Positions 36,601 to 46,645 of a DNA stretch of 64,000 bases are shown here, one piece after another; the first letter of the stretch is position 1; each line of letters opens with the position of its first letter. Source of the DNA: an uncultured virus (IMG/VR IMGVR_UViG_3300044630_004883) (Duplodnaviria; Heunggongvirae; Uroviricota; Caudoviricetes); IMG/VR virus record IMGVR_UViG_3300044630_004883. The stretch is one strand, 5' to 3'. The position numbers and the translations under genes were made by a program. The notes under the pieces are model-generated. The model ran no database searches. It was not told where the DNA came from and saw only the letters and a list, made by a program, of their open reading frames with translations.

Positions 36601-39600
36601 TACCTAACAATTGAGTTGATGTACGTTTACCAACATACCAACTACTACCACTACCACCAATATAACGAACCATTGCTTCCCATCCGTTACCAGGGTTTAT
36701 AGTAAGGTAGGTATGTTTAGCTCCAGTTAAATTTAAATTATAAAAATTAGATGTTGATGCAGGGTCTGCATAATATCCTGAATCATTTCTATCATAATAT
36801 ATAGTACCATAAATTGGACCTGCTCCATCTAATGTGCCACCATTCATATTGATACCACCATACAACCAGTTATAACCAGCTGAATAGATACCAGATGGAT
36901 GCCAAGATGCGTTTCCAGTTCCACCTACGTTACCATTACCTTGATATGAATAAGTTTGTAGAGTATTTAGGTTTGATGCACCATCACCATTTATATAATA
37001 CGCAGTGTTGGTATCATAATAAATTGGTGCCCTCATATCCGTATCAGCTCTAAATGTAGGAGCGTATGTATTAGATAATCTAATTTCAGGCGTTATTGCA
37101 GTTTGGACTGTACCAAATGATGTTACTACTGCTATATTCCAATTTCTAGATTGTGAATCAGCGTTTGAACTTCTAAATCCAGATGTAAAATCAATAACAC
37201 TAACTACCGGATAACTCCATCCAGTATTTGTTTCACCTATCCAAACACAATCAACTCCGTCCTGATTACCAAATCTTACAGTATGTGCAGTTGCACTTGC
37301 TCCACCTATAAAAGTAGCAGATGAGTTATAACCACCTTGGTCATAAGCATAATTACCTAATAGATATTCTGATGTTTGGTTAGTAGAGTAATTATAAATT
37401 CGAACCTTCATAGTCCACATAGGGTTATTTCCCCTAAATGGTAATTTAATTCTAATAGCTCCAGTAGAACCATCTGATGAAAATGCTGCTCCTTGTGGTG
37501 CAGTTATTCGTGTCACAACGTTTGGTGATGATGATGAATAACCATCACTACTAAATGCTCCACCTGAATGAACAGTTCCACCTATTCTTAAAGAAATTCC
37601 AGTTGTATTAGGGTCTAAATAATACCCACTATCATTGTAATCTCTAAATAATGTACCTCTTACTTCTTCAGATGCCACAATTCTAGATGAAATTGCTGCT
37701 CTAAATGTACCATTATTGATAATCAATAAACCGTGGTCATTAAGATTATTAGCTCCACCTAATCCACCTGCGTTTGGATGTGACCAACCAATACCATACA
37801 TATTTGCCGTTGATGTACCTGCCGTATTTGGTTTGTATGAATCACCCATAGCAAATACCAATTGTAATCTCTCTGCTGAATAGTTACCAACTATACCTTT
37901 TCCGAAATCATCAAATACAATATTTCTAGCATATGTAATTCTAGTAGTATCTCTCGTATCATGGTAGTGAATTAGGGAATCAGTTCCAGCGAATCTACTA
38001 TATCTATAAACATTATATCCAGAATCCCAATACCAATGGTCACCATACCAAGATGATGAATCTTCTCCAAAATAGAAATGAGAATCACCACTATCGGTTG
38101 CACCAACTCTTAAAGTATCATTAATATGAGTTTCATCAGCGTTACCATTTCCTAAATAAGTGTATCCATTTACATATAAATTATTAGTTACCCTAACATG
38201 TGCATCACCAGTACCAATTGAGAATATAAGCGTACCTAAATCTTCAGTATCATAAAAACGAATACCACCATATCCAGGTTGTGCACCCATACGGATACCA
38301 GTATGCCATCTTAAATCTAATTTAGTATATGAACCACCATAACCTTCTATATTAGTACCTATGTAATAGTTATCATTTGCATCAGAGTTACCTCCTCCAA
38401 AATGTAATCTAGCAGAACCTACTGAATTGTATGCGTTATTACTAAAGTTACCACCAATTACAACTCTTCCCGCAGTTTGTAAATCATTTAGGTTTGATGT
38501 TGATGCTCCATCTATATAATAATTAGTATTATTTGCATCATAATAAATTGCTGCAAATAAGTTACCACTACCTCTATTATATCCAAATGCGGGTACAAGG
38601 TTTCCATTTAGATAAAGGTCATTTACGTTCATATAGAAATTACCTCTATCCGTATAGATATGAGCATATGAACTATTTGCAGGTCCTATTTGTATGTATC
38701 CAACGTCTGTAGTAAATCTAACACCCCAATCACCAGCTCCAGATAATGTAGAATTATTTGCAGATGTACCCAATCTAATTGCGTTTAGTACAGAAGTAGA
38801 TGCAGGGTCTAAGTAATATCCAGTATTATTTTCATCATAGAATGCATATGCGTACATATTGTTAGCAACCAAATTTTCATATGATGTACCCGGATTATTT
38901 CTTATTGAAATTCTACCACTTGCTTCCATTGTAATATTGGATGCAACTACACCACTCCAATGGAAACCAATTGATGGTGCGTATGCAATGGCCGAACCAT
39001 TTGCACCACTAGCACCTGCTTCTCTAATTTGAAAATGTTGTTGATATGATGTTCCAGCGGTTACACTATATACAGGCGATGCTGCATCAAATGCAATTCC
39101 ATTCATACGAGATGTTCCTGCTGGATTTGTATAATACCCAGTATTATCAGAATCGTAGAATATAGGTGAACGCATGTTCCCAGTTGCAGTCAATTCACCA
39201 CTTTGGTTACCATAAATTACGTTACTACCACCTGAATTTCTCCAAATCCAGTCTCCAGCAGCTTGGAAATACCAATTATTAGAATGATATTGAATCTTAC
39301 CACTAAATTCACCATCCCATGTAGATGAATCACTTCTCCAACTACCAACAGTTCTTAACGATGTTGTTGATGTAGGGTCTAAATAATATGATGTATTATT
39401 CGAATCATAGAATATAGGTGCTCTAAAACTTGCTGCTGCAGTAGCAACACCACTATCATTTACACTAAACTCAACAGTAGTCCAAGCATTATCTACTACT
39501 TCTAAATATCTACCTGCACCACCACCTAATTGTACAGTTAATACACCGGCTGCTCTATCAGATGCTCTACCAATCCAAGCCTCACCAGTATTAGTTTGAG

Positions 39601-42600
39601 AATTATTAAATGTACCAACTTGAATTCTACCCTGTAAATTAGCAGAAATTCCATTTGCTCCATTAGATGGGTCTATATAATATGATGTATTATCCGAATC
39701 GTAGAATGTTGGTGCAGCAATACCGAATTGACCTGAAGTTGGATATACAATACTATCTGCCGTAAAATCGGAAATGTTAGTTGCAGAAGGTGATGTGTTA
39801 ATATAAACCGCACCAATTGCACTATTTGTATTGGTAGTAATACTTCGTGTAGTTCTAATAAGAGCATCAACTGATGAGTAATATCTAACATCAACATATA
39901 CAGGAATGTATCTATGGTCACCACTTACAACTACTTCAGAACCAATAGTTACTTGGAAGTGATTTGAACCTATACCATTTGCTTCAACTAATTGAACTGA
40001 TGCTGCAGAAACATATCCATAAGAAACTATATATCTTTTTCTTAAACCTTTATCGTAGTAATTTTCCGAAAGTTCAACTTCAAATAAACCAACAGAGTTC
40101 CAATCATTAAAATCAATACCAATTCGTGCAACTTCAAATCTTCTAGCTTGAGTTGCAGATGCACCTAAGTTATTGATTCCAAAATATTTATAATCACCGA
40201 TTTGGAAATCATTACCTAAATTTATTGTACCATTTACAGTAAGAGTTCCAGCAATATTTAAGTTATTAAGAACAGATGTACTATTTCCATCAATTCTATA
40301 TGTTGTATCATCCGAATCATAGAAAATTGGAGAACGCATATCACCTGTTGTTGATATGGTAGTATCCCCACTATGCCACAATCTTCTACCAGTACCCCAA
40401 GTTGCAGAATCAAATGCTTGTCTTGAGAACCATAGGTTATCACCATACTTATCTCCAACAATTGCGTAACTTTGTTTAACATCACCACCATTATAAGTTG
40501 ACATCCATAGAACATCATTCCAACTTCCACCAAATCCAAGGTTTCCGTTACTAAGCATGGCTACCTTTAACTTACCAGCTCCGAATGTAGCTGAGTTAGG
40601 TTTTTCAGTTCCCCCAGATGAATAATGTCCTCCTAAAAAAGAACCAGCAATATTTCCAGTAGAAGTATATATTCTATGGTCATAATATGTCCCTTGTTGA
40701 CCATCTAATAAATCTGCATCTAATCCAGAACCAGCACCATCTGTACTACCTGTCCAAACTTTTTCATTTTCCCAATAAAGAATACCATCAGTACGCATTT
40801 CCAAATACTTACCAACAACACCACTAATGTGAAAAGCAATACCAGTGGTTGTAGTGCTATATGATTCAGTCCATAAAGCAGCGGTAGTATAATTGTTGTT
40901 TGTTTGTGCTTTTCTAAACTGCCCTCTTACTGATACTATTTCATTTATATTTGAAGTACTAGCTGCATCTAAATAGTATGCGGTATTATCTGAATCATAA
41001 AATATTGGTGTTCTCATGCTTTCAGCTGAGAAGAATCTACCATTTGTAAACATTGAGTGTCTTATACTCCAAGAAGTACTATCAACGCCAGATGCAAAAT
41101 AATGTTGTATATCACCACTACCATCCATATGTCTTAACCACATATTATTGGATATAGTATTTCTAAATGTCATAGATGGATACTGTCCTCTAATATTTAT
41201 TGCACCATCATTAGGAGTAGTGTTAGCCCAGTTATTTACTAATTGGATATGGCTAAGTACAGAAAGTCCAGCAGGATTTGTATAATATGCAGTATTATCC
41301 GTATCATAGAATATAGGTGCCCTCATATCTACTTCAGATGCAATCCTTACATTAGAATACCAACCACCATTTGTTAAATTAAGATAAAAATTATTTTCAC
41401 CTAAGTAATACGCGTTTGATGCTCTAAAATTAGTACCTCTTATCGTAGAAAAAGTAACATCATCCGTTGTACGAATGTTTTGGTTCATTAAATGAACTTC
41501 AGTTGAACCTTGTCCAGTATCTATCGATGTACCACTTATTGTACCATCTGCTATAAAATTACCAGTTCTTAATGTTGGAGTTTTAGTGGATGTTACAGTA
41601 CCAAATGATGTTGTTTCAAATGATAGAGCCCAATCACCATCCCATTGAGATACAGCGAAGTTTGAATGTCCACCAATAAACTCAGTAACAACTATTTTAG
41701 GGTATGACCAAGTTGTTGCTAATTCACCGATGAATATTGTACAATAAGTACCATCATGTGCAAATCTAACAGTATATGCAGGTGCCCCAGCTGCCCCAGC
41801 AACACTTGCATTTGTATTAATCCAAGATGTTGATGGTGAATAATTATATCCACCCATTGAGTATTCCCAATAAGTATCTCCACTATAATTGTAAATACGA
41901 ACTTTTAACTCCATCATAGTGTTTGTCCACGATTGAGGAAGTCGTATCTTTATTGCTCCAGTTACGGATGATGTACTATTATTTAATGTACCTCCATTTG
42001 GATATGTTATTTTTAATACACTACCTTGCTCTTGTGCGAAAGCATTAGCATTTATATAATTTAATCGAGATATATCATTATTAATAAAATATGTAGTGCC
42101 ACCACCTACATAAATTGTATTACCAGTTATATTTGCAAAAGTTACACTATCAGTAGTTCTAACATTTTGGTTCATCAAATGAACTTCGGTTAATCCTTGC
42201 CCAGTATTAACTTGAGCTGCTACTAAATTACCAGCTAATGTTAATGAGTTTAAGTTTGAAGTACCGGTGTTTAAATAATAAGTTGTATCGAATAAATACA
42301 TTGTATCAATTCTATCCAACAATAAGTTACCAGTTTGTGCTGAGTTTGCTGTAAAAACATTACCCCCTACACCCAATACAATTCTCTTAGATGCGTTTAT
42401 GAATTTTAATCCTGCCCAACTATTATAATCCCAATCATTATTATCAGTAAAACGTAAAGATGATAAGTTTCTCCAAATGGTTTCACCAGTTGAGATACTT
42501 GTCATTGTCAATCCATTTGCTGCAAAATAATAATCATTACCTGTTGTTGTAAGATTTAGTCTAGCAAATGTTATAGTATCAGATGTACGAACGTTTTGGT

Positions 42601-45457
42601 TCATCAAATGAACTTCAGTTAATCCTTGCCCAGTATCTATTTGAGTACCATATAAATTACCAGCAGATTGTAAATCAGAATCAGCGTACCATCTATCAGT
42701 TGATTCGTTCCAATAAAATTGTTTTGTTGCTGCGTTTCCTCTCTTAACTTCTATACCAGCATTTTCAGTTGGTGCAGTTGCTGCTCCAATATCTGCATTT
42801 AATGTAATGATATTATCACCTACATTAAGAGTTGTTGTATTAATATATGTTGTTGTACCACTTACAGTAAGGTCACCACTAATTGTAGCGTTACCAGTTA
42901 CTGCTAATGTAGTACCATCGAATCTTAAATTACTTTCAACGGTTGCGTTTGGTGCAGTTCCGTTTAATGTGATTACACCATTATCAGTTGTACCAGTTAA
43001 TGCTAATACACCAGATGAACCAGATGTTCCACTACTACCAGATGTTCCACTCGTTCCAGAAGTTCCACTCGTTCCAGAAGTTCCACTTGAACCAGACGAA
43101 CCAGAAGTTCCACTACTTCCAGATGTTCCACTACTTCCACTAGTCCCAGATGAACCACCACTACCAGCAGTACCCCTTGTTCCAGAAGTTCCACTACTTC
43201 CACTTGTCCCAGAAGTTCCACTACTTCCACTTGTCCCAGAAGTTCCACTACTTCCAGAAGAACCAGATGTTCCACTCGTTCCAGATGTTCCACTACTTCC
43301 AGAAGAACCACTTGAACCACCACTACCAGCAGTACCTCTTGTTCCAGAAGTTCCGCTTGTACCAGATGTTCCAGAAGTTCCGCTTGTGCCAGATGTTCCA
43401 GACGAACCACTACTTCCAGATGTACCACCAGTTCCAGCAGTTCCACCTGTACCACTACTTCCTATTAATCCATTTATTCCACTCGTTCCAGATGTTCCAG
43501 ATGTTCCACTACTTCCAGAAGAACCAGATGTTCCAGAAGAACCACTACTTCCACTTGTCCCAGAAGAACCTGAAGTTCCACTCGTTCCACTTGTACCAGA
43601 TGAACCACTACTTCCAGATGAACCAGACGTTCCACCCGTACCAGCCGTTGAATTTGTACCTGATGAACCGCTAGTTCCAGAGGTTCCAGAAGAACCACTA
43701 CTTCCAGAGGTTCCGCTACTACCGCTACTCCCAGACGAACCTGATGTACCACCATCTCCAACAACTCCATCTATACCACTCGTTCCAGAAGTACCACGAG
43801 TACCACTTGTTCCAGAAGTTCCCGAGCTTCCACTTGAACCACTACTACCACTTGAACCAGATATTCCAGATGTTCCAGATGTTCCAGAAGAACCAGAAGA
43901 ACCAGACGAACCAGATATCCCACTAGTCCCAGAAGTTCCTGAAGTTCCCGAAGTTCCTCTTGTTCCAGAAGTACCACTCGTTCCCGATGAACCAGATGAA
44001 CCAGATGTTCCACTACTTCCACTTGAACCACTACTTCCGCTTGTTGCGGATGTACCACCACTTCCGCTTGTTGCTGATGTTCCAGACGAACCACTTATTC
44101 CAGAAGAACCCGATGTTCCAGATGAACCAGAGGTTCCAGAAGAACCAGAGGTACCACGTGTACCACTTGTACCAGATGTTCCACCACTTCCAGATGTTCC
44201 GCTTGAACCGAATCCACTTGAACCAGATGAACCTGAAGTTCCACTTGTTCCAGAAGTTCCAGATGTACCGCTACTTCCACTACTTCCACTACTTCCGCTT
44301 GTACCAGATGTCCCAGAAGTTCCAGATGAACCACTAGTTCCTCTCGTACCACTACTTCCGCTTGTACCAGATGAACCACCACTACCAGATGTTCCACCAC
44401 TACCAGATGTTCCACTTGTCCCAGATGTTCCACTACTTCCACTTGAACCACTACTTCCACTTGAACCACTAGCTCCAGAAGAACCACTACTACCACTTGT
44501 CCCAGAAGTACCACTTGTCCCAGACGTACCTGAAGTACCTGAAGTACCACTCGTACCTGATGTACCAGCCGTACCAGCCGCAGGTTCCCATATCAATCCA
44601 GTCCAACGATATATGTTAGTATCTGAAGTGTTATAATATATTTCACCAACTTTACCAGATACTGGGTTTGATGTATATGATGGTATTTGTATTGTATCTT
44701 TAACTCTTAACGAACCAGTAAATTCATGCGTATCCGAAGATTGGTCACCAAATTTATTGGAACCAGATGAAAATATTATTGATGAAGATATGTATGTTGT
44801 TTTTAATTCAGTTGCGGTAATTGTACCTGCTACATTTAAACTTTTTAAAGTTGTTGTACCATCTACATTTAAATTACCAGCTATTTGAGCAGAACCACTA
44901 ACTCCTAAATATTTTTCAGTTACGATTCCTACATTTACTTCTAATCCTTTATTAGGAGAAATGGTTGCGGTTGCTGAACCTGATTTTAATCGATTAATAT
45001 CACCAATCGATGCCGCTGATATATTTGTTATGTTTGAACCATCTCCAGCTAAGAAAGATGCCGATACCGTTCCAGTAGTTAATAAAGAACCGGTTATATC
45101 AGTATTAACATTTATAGAAAGTTTATTATTTGATATTCTAGCTGTCCCATCTCCACTTTGAATTTTAGATTGTGCATCTGCGGTTAATCCTTCAAATGGA
45201 ATTTTGGTTAAATTTGAACCATCACCACTAAATGAACCAGAGAATGAGCCGGAAAATTGAGAACCAACAAATTTACTACCACTAAAAGCAGAACCAGTAT
45301 ATGATGATGCCAAAACACCATTAGTAACTGATAATTTAGTGTTGATATCTAACGATGCCGTTGATACCGTTAATTGCTGTACTCCGTTTACATCAACCGA
45401 TAGTAAACTTTGACTGACCTGATTAATACCATTTGGATTCTTACCTGCGTACTTCAT
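33674..45457 (-). CDS. Giant tail fibre-like protein (3927 aa) with Gly-Ser/Thr tract and C-terminal peptidase S74 intramolecular chaperone
   Basis: C-terminal YSDERLK...LGLSAQEVQEVLPEIV...VNYAKVVPLLVEGIKEQ, repeated APIFYDSDNTxYY modules, and a (G-S/T-S)n tract. Confidence 0.85.
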   Translation of the reverse strand: MKYAGKNPNGINQVSQSLLSVDVNGVQQLTVSTASLDINTKLSVTNGVLASSYTGSAFSGSKFVGSQFSGSFSGSFSGDGSNLTKIPFEGLTADAQSKIQSGDGTARISNNKLSINVNTDITGSLLTTGTVSASFLAGDGSNITNISAASIGDINRLKSGSATATISPNKGLEVNVGIVTEKYLGVSGSAQIAGNLNVDGTTTLKSLNVAGTITATELKTTYISSSIIFSSGSNKFGDQSSDTHEFTGSLRVKDTIQIPSYTSNPVSGKVGEIYYNTSDTNIYRWTGLIWEPAAGTAGTSGTSGTSGTSGTSGTSGTSGTSGSSGSSGASGSSGSSGSSGSSGTSGTSGTSGSGGTSGSGGSSGTSGSSGTRGTSGSSGTSGTSGTSGSSGSSGSSGTSGTSGTSGTSGSSGSSGFGSSGTSGSGGTSGTSGTRGTSGSSGTSGSSGTSGSSGISGSSGTSATSGSGGTSATSGSSGSSGSSGTSGSSGSSGTSGTSGTRGTSGTSGTSGTSGISGSSGSSGSSGTSGTSGISGSSGSSGSSGSSGTSGTSGTRGTSGTSGIDGVVGDGGTSGSSGSSGSSGTSGSSGSSGTSGTSGSSGTNSTAGTGGTSGSSGSSGSSGTSGTSGTSGSSGTSGSSGSSGTSGSSGSSGTSGTSGTSGINGLIGSSGTGGTAGTGGTSGSSGSSGTSGTSGTSGTSGTSGTSGTRGTAGSGGSSGSSGSSGTSGTSGTSGSSGSSGTSGTSGSSGTSGTSGSSGTSGTRGTAGSGGSSGTSGSSGTSGSSGTSGSSGSSGTSGTSGTSGTSGTSGSSGTSGSSGVLALTGTTDNGVITLNGTAPNATVESNLRFDGTTLAVTGNATISGDLTVSGTTTYINTTTLNVGDNIITLNADIGAATAPTENAGIEVKRGNAATKQFYWNESTDRWYADSDLQSAGNLYGTQIDTGQGLTEVHLMNQNVRTSDTITFARLNLTTTGNDYYFAANGLTMTSISTGETIWRNLSSLRFTDNNDWDYNSWAGLKFINASKRIVLGVGGNVFTANSAQTGNLLLDRIDTMYLFDTTYYLNTGTSNLNSLTLAGNLVAAQVNTGQGLTEVHLMNQNVRTTDSVTFANITGNTIYVGGGTTYFINNDISRLNYINANAFAQEQGSVLKITYPNGGTLNNSTSSVTGAIKIRLPQSWTNTMMELKVRIYNYSGDTYWEYSMGGYNYSPSTSWINTNASVAGAAGAPAYTVRFAHDGTYCTIFIGELATTWSYPKIVVTEFIGGHSNFAVSQWDGDWALSFETTSFGTVTSTKTPTLRTGNFIADGTISGTSIDTGQGSTEVHLMNQNIRTTDDVTFSTIRGTNFRASNAYYLGENNFYLNLTNGGWYSNVRIASEVDMRAPIFYDTDNTAYYTNPAGLSVLSHIQLVNNWANTTPNDGAINIRGQYPSMTFRNTISNNMWLRHMDGSGDIQHYFASGVDSTSWSIRHSMFTNGRFFSAESMRTPIFYDSDNTAYYLDAASTSNINEIVSVRGQFRKAQTNNNYTTAALWTESYSTTTTGIAFHISGVVGKYLEMRTDGILYWENEKVWTGSTDGAGSGLDADLLDGQQGTYYDHRIYTSTGNIAGSFLGGHYSSGGTEKPNSATFGAGKLKVAMLSNGNLGFGGSWNDVLWMSTYNGGDVKQSYAIVGDKYGDNLWFSRQAFDSATWGTGRRLWHSGDTTISTTGDMRSPIFYDSDDTTYRIDGNSTSVLNNLNIAGTLTVNGTINLGNDFQIGDYKYFGINNLGASATQARRFEVARIGIDFNDWNSVGLFEVELSENYYDKGLRKRYIVSYGYVSAASVQLVEANGIGSNHFQVTIGSEVVVSGDHRYIPVYVDVRYYSSVDALIRTTRSITTNTNSAIGAVYINTSPSATNISDFTADSIVYPTSGQFGIAAPTFYDSDNTSYYIDPSNGANGISANLQGRIQVGTFNNSQTNTGEAWIGRASDRAAGVLTVQLGGGAGRYLEVVDNAWTTVEFSVNDSGVATAAASFRAPIFYDSNNTSYYLDPTSTTSLRTVGSWRSDSSTWDGEFSGKIQYHSNNWYFQAAGDWIWRNSGGSNVIYGNQSGELTATGNMRSPIFYDSDNTGYYTNPAGTSRMNGIAFDAASPVYSVTAGTSYQQHFQIREAGASGANGSAIAYAPSIGFHWSGVVASNITMEASGRISIRNNPGTSYENLVANNMYAYAFYDENNTGYYLDPASTSVLNAIRLGTSANNSTLSGAGDWGVRFTTDVGYIQIGPANSSYAHIYTDRGNFYMNVNDLYLNGNLVPAFGYNRGSGNLFAAIYYDANNTNYYIDGASTSNLNDLQTAGRVVIGGNFSNNAYNSVGSARLHFGGGNSDANDNYYIGTNIEGYGGSYTKLDLRWHTGIRMGAQPGYGGIRFYDTEDLGTLIFSIGTGDAHVRVTNNLYVNGYTYLGNGNADETHINDTLRVGATDSGDSHFYFGEDSSSWYGDHWYWDSGYNVYRYSRFAGTDSLIHYHDTRDTTRITYARNIVFDDFGKGIVGNYSAERLQLVFAMGDSYKPNTAGTSTANMYGIGWSHPNAGGLGGANNLNDHGLLIINNGTFRAAISSRIVASEEVRGTLFRDYNDSGYYLDPNTTGISLRIGGTVHSGGAFSSDGYSSSSPNVVTRITAPQGAAFSSDGSTGAIRIKLPFRGNNPMWTMKVRIYNYSTNQTSEYLLGNYAYDQGGYNSSATFIGGASATAHTVRFGNQDGVDCVWIGETNTGWSYPVVSVIDFTSGFRSSNADSQSRNWNIAVVTSFGTVQTAITPEIRLSNTYAPTFRADTDMRAPIYYDTNTAYYINGDGASNLNTLQTYSYQGNGNVGGTGNASWHPSGIYSAGYNWLYGGINMNGGTLDGAGPIYGTIYYDRNDSGYYADPASTSNFYNLNLTGAKHTYLTINPGNGWEAMVRYIGGSGSSWYVGKRTSTQLLGSTDAFHMYSETAGRTVGGYDTAGNHYAYGSSRATIFYDIDDTTYYMNPNSNTYLYGTFQVNGGHGDSQIGVRLLSGNNGAGAGEINLRMWVSEPGVTWNWGGFGYNVTNNNGSPNGFGRINTAHGQAYMRFSDGGDLYFYNTNTSGTRVTNMEMYPNNTVLFNNYATGGNSLRAPIFYDSDNTGYYGDFASTSRINAINYDNLYWAGDTSYGFIGRNVYADTVNGRGSDPLELNYYDGGDVYIGPGGGNKNLRANLYYDYANTAYYLDPNGTARLSYVVANGGIRIDGNENLYLDNNYGQSIVGVYTSVRYQGIFAMGNAYKLAIDGTGTGNLYGLSWSHPNAGGQAGFLNDHGLLVMNYGTTFAAISSRGWFRTSVQAPIFYDNDDTGYYGNYAGDRSTSVNGFTARTVEGTKGTWKYNIPRFIHTGDSNYWVGSMGWGTTDFNTMMTWGSGFIDSWSNPSNQPSGTSHWVGTQAYHYTNAYNSAYGWQLVGGPIGNLRFRQSWPNAGTWRTVPMLDVNDGNSGAMYAGIYYDSADSAYYADPASTSRLNITKTALKAHNDMSGYGEGNWVSDFNRTPISSFTFGEDKYNGGPSGTWWFQVNMRHANSSNYWGTQLAYGWEDNANEIYQRNITGGSFSGWVRYLNSNNYSGYSNFGTGTVYGGIYYDGNNSGYYGDFASTSRFNTTITDTTYFGSDTNKGRAQGYGTWSNSFHKTAYMSFDWNANYDTYSNHGIASTDLNGSFSDSMSINSFNDINLRLDSNDNNANSYVRIHDNTTGQSVSVAYIGRESGNPIAYFNNRVYGNVYYHNSDTAYYLAPNGTSRLNRTNYDYVYSYNWVYAQGDVIAYYSDERLKTKVGSIENALDKISKLNGFYYVENDLAKSFGYKNEKRQLGLSAQEVQEVLPEIVTLAPFDTETDKNNNIVGSKSGEDYLTVNYAKVVPLLVEGIKEQTEIINSQQKQIDELKEMIKSLIK
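43010..44575 (-). repeat. Coding Gly-(Ser/Thr)-Ser tripeptide tract, about 520 aa
   Basis: 9-nt periodic degenerate repeat translating to GTS/GSS. Confidence 0.95.
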
Positions 45458-45469
45458 TAATCTTTATAT

Positions 45470-45802
45470 TTATGTAATTTCTAATACTGATACTACAACA
45501 TCAGCTGATGTGTTCACCGATGATGTTACAGTAATAGAGTCATTTGCTTCTAATACTACTTTTTGGTCACCACCTACTAAAATAGTTGATGAACCTTGTG
45601 GAATTAATACTCCTTTAATTAAATATTTTGTTACCCCAGCTGAGTTATCAGTTATCTGAACATCAACGTTGATGTTTTGAGCAACAATATTTGCTACACT
45701 AACCCCAATTACCGTTGCAACAGCATTGGATGGAGTCGTATAAACACTTAAACCACCCGTTCCGGCTGGTCCTTTAACACTATTTTTAAATGTATTTGCC
45801 AT
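45470..45802 (-). CDS. Small virion structural protein (beta-rich)
   Basis: MANTFKN...VYTTPSN...KVVLEANDSITV...VVSVLEIT. Paralogous to both ends of 59539..60399. Confidence 0.7.
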   Translation of the reverse strand: MANTFKNSVKGPAGTGGLSVYTTPSNAVATVIGVSVANIVAQNINVDVQITDNSAGVTKYLIKGVLIPQGSSTILVGGDQKVVLEANDSITVTSSVNTSADVVVSVLEIT

Positions 45803-45813
45803 ATTTTATTTTT

Positions 45814-46134
45814 TTATCCCAATGCAATCGCAAATGCTATCGCTGAATCCAATACATTTACACCATCCACATTAAATGAACCGCCTTGTAAATCTATCGA
45901 ACCAGAAACCGCAATAGAGCCACTTGATACCAATACATATTGAGTAGTATTACCTTTATCATACCCTAATCGTAAACTATCTTTTACACTTAGGTTAGTA
46001 AATTCAGCAGTTGTTACTTCAATATCTCCCTTAAAGGAACCAGTAAAACTTCCAGTAAATGAACCACTTAGGGTTGCATATGCGGAAGGTGCTTGGTTAA
46101 TTGAGCCCGAAAAACTTGGTGCATCTATTCTCAT
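45814..46134 (-). CDS. Small fibre-associated protein
   Basis: SGSFTGSFTGSF motif like that in the giant proteins, and a C-terminal AIAFAIALG. Confidence 0.65.
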   Translation of the reverse strand: MRIDAPSFSGSINQAPSAYATLSGSFTGSFTGSFKGDIEVTTAEFTNLSVKDSLRLGYDKGNTTQYVLVSSGSIAVSGSIDLQGGSFNVDGVNVLDSAIAFAIALG

Positions 46135-46185
46135 TTGCTATTTATTCCATTCTTTATAGGTATAAATATAAACAAATTTCTTTTA

Positions 46186-46638
46186 CTACATTGGTTTAGC
46201 CGGCCAGCTTAAATTATATGGATTTTGTTGAGATGTTACATCTCTTAAAGATTGTCTATATGTTTGCCACTCAACTAAAGTAGTACCACTTATAGGTGAG
46301 TCTTGAAATTGGGTCCAATCTGATTGTGCTAATAAAGCATCTCTCATAATTCTAATTTCTACCCATTTTTCTTCAAGTTTTACTGAAATTTCTGATTCAG
46401 TTGCATCGGTTATATTCCAAACTTGAATATATGATGAATCGGATAGGATTGGAGTACCTTCCTCTATGTTTTTTGTATAATCATCAGTATATTCAGTAGC
46501 TTCTACATAATATACATCAAATGATTCTAATACCTCATTAGTTAACACCGCAGGGAAACTTGTATTTGGATTTTCCAATTTAAGTTCACTAATTGTGTAA
46601 GGATATCTTATATTTCCGTTTTCTAATTTTAAATACAT
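46186..46638 (-). CDS. Tail fibre assembly chaperone-like protein
   Basis: WVEIRIMRDALLAQSDWTQ...WQTYRQSLRDVT...WPAKP. Confidence 0.85.
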   Translation of the reverse strand: MYLKLENGNIRYPYTISELKLENPNTSFPAVLTNEVLESFDVYYVEATEYTDDYTKNIEEGTPILSDSSYIQVWNITDATESEISVKLEEKWVEIRIMRDALLAQSDWTQFQDSPISGTTLVEWQTYRQSLRDVTSQQNPYNLSWPAKPM

Positions 46639-46645
46639 ATCTTTA

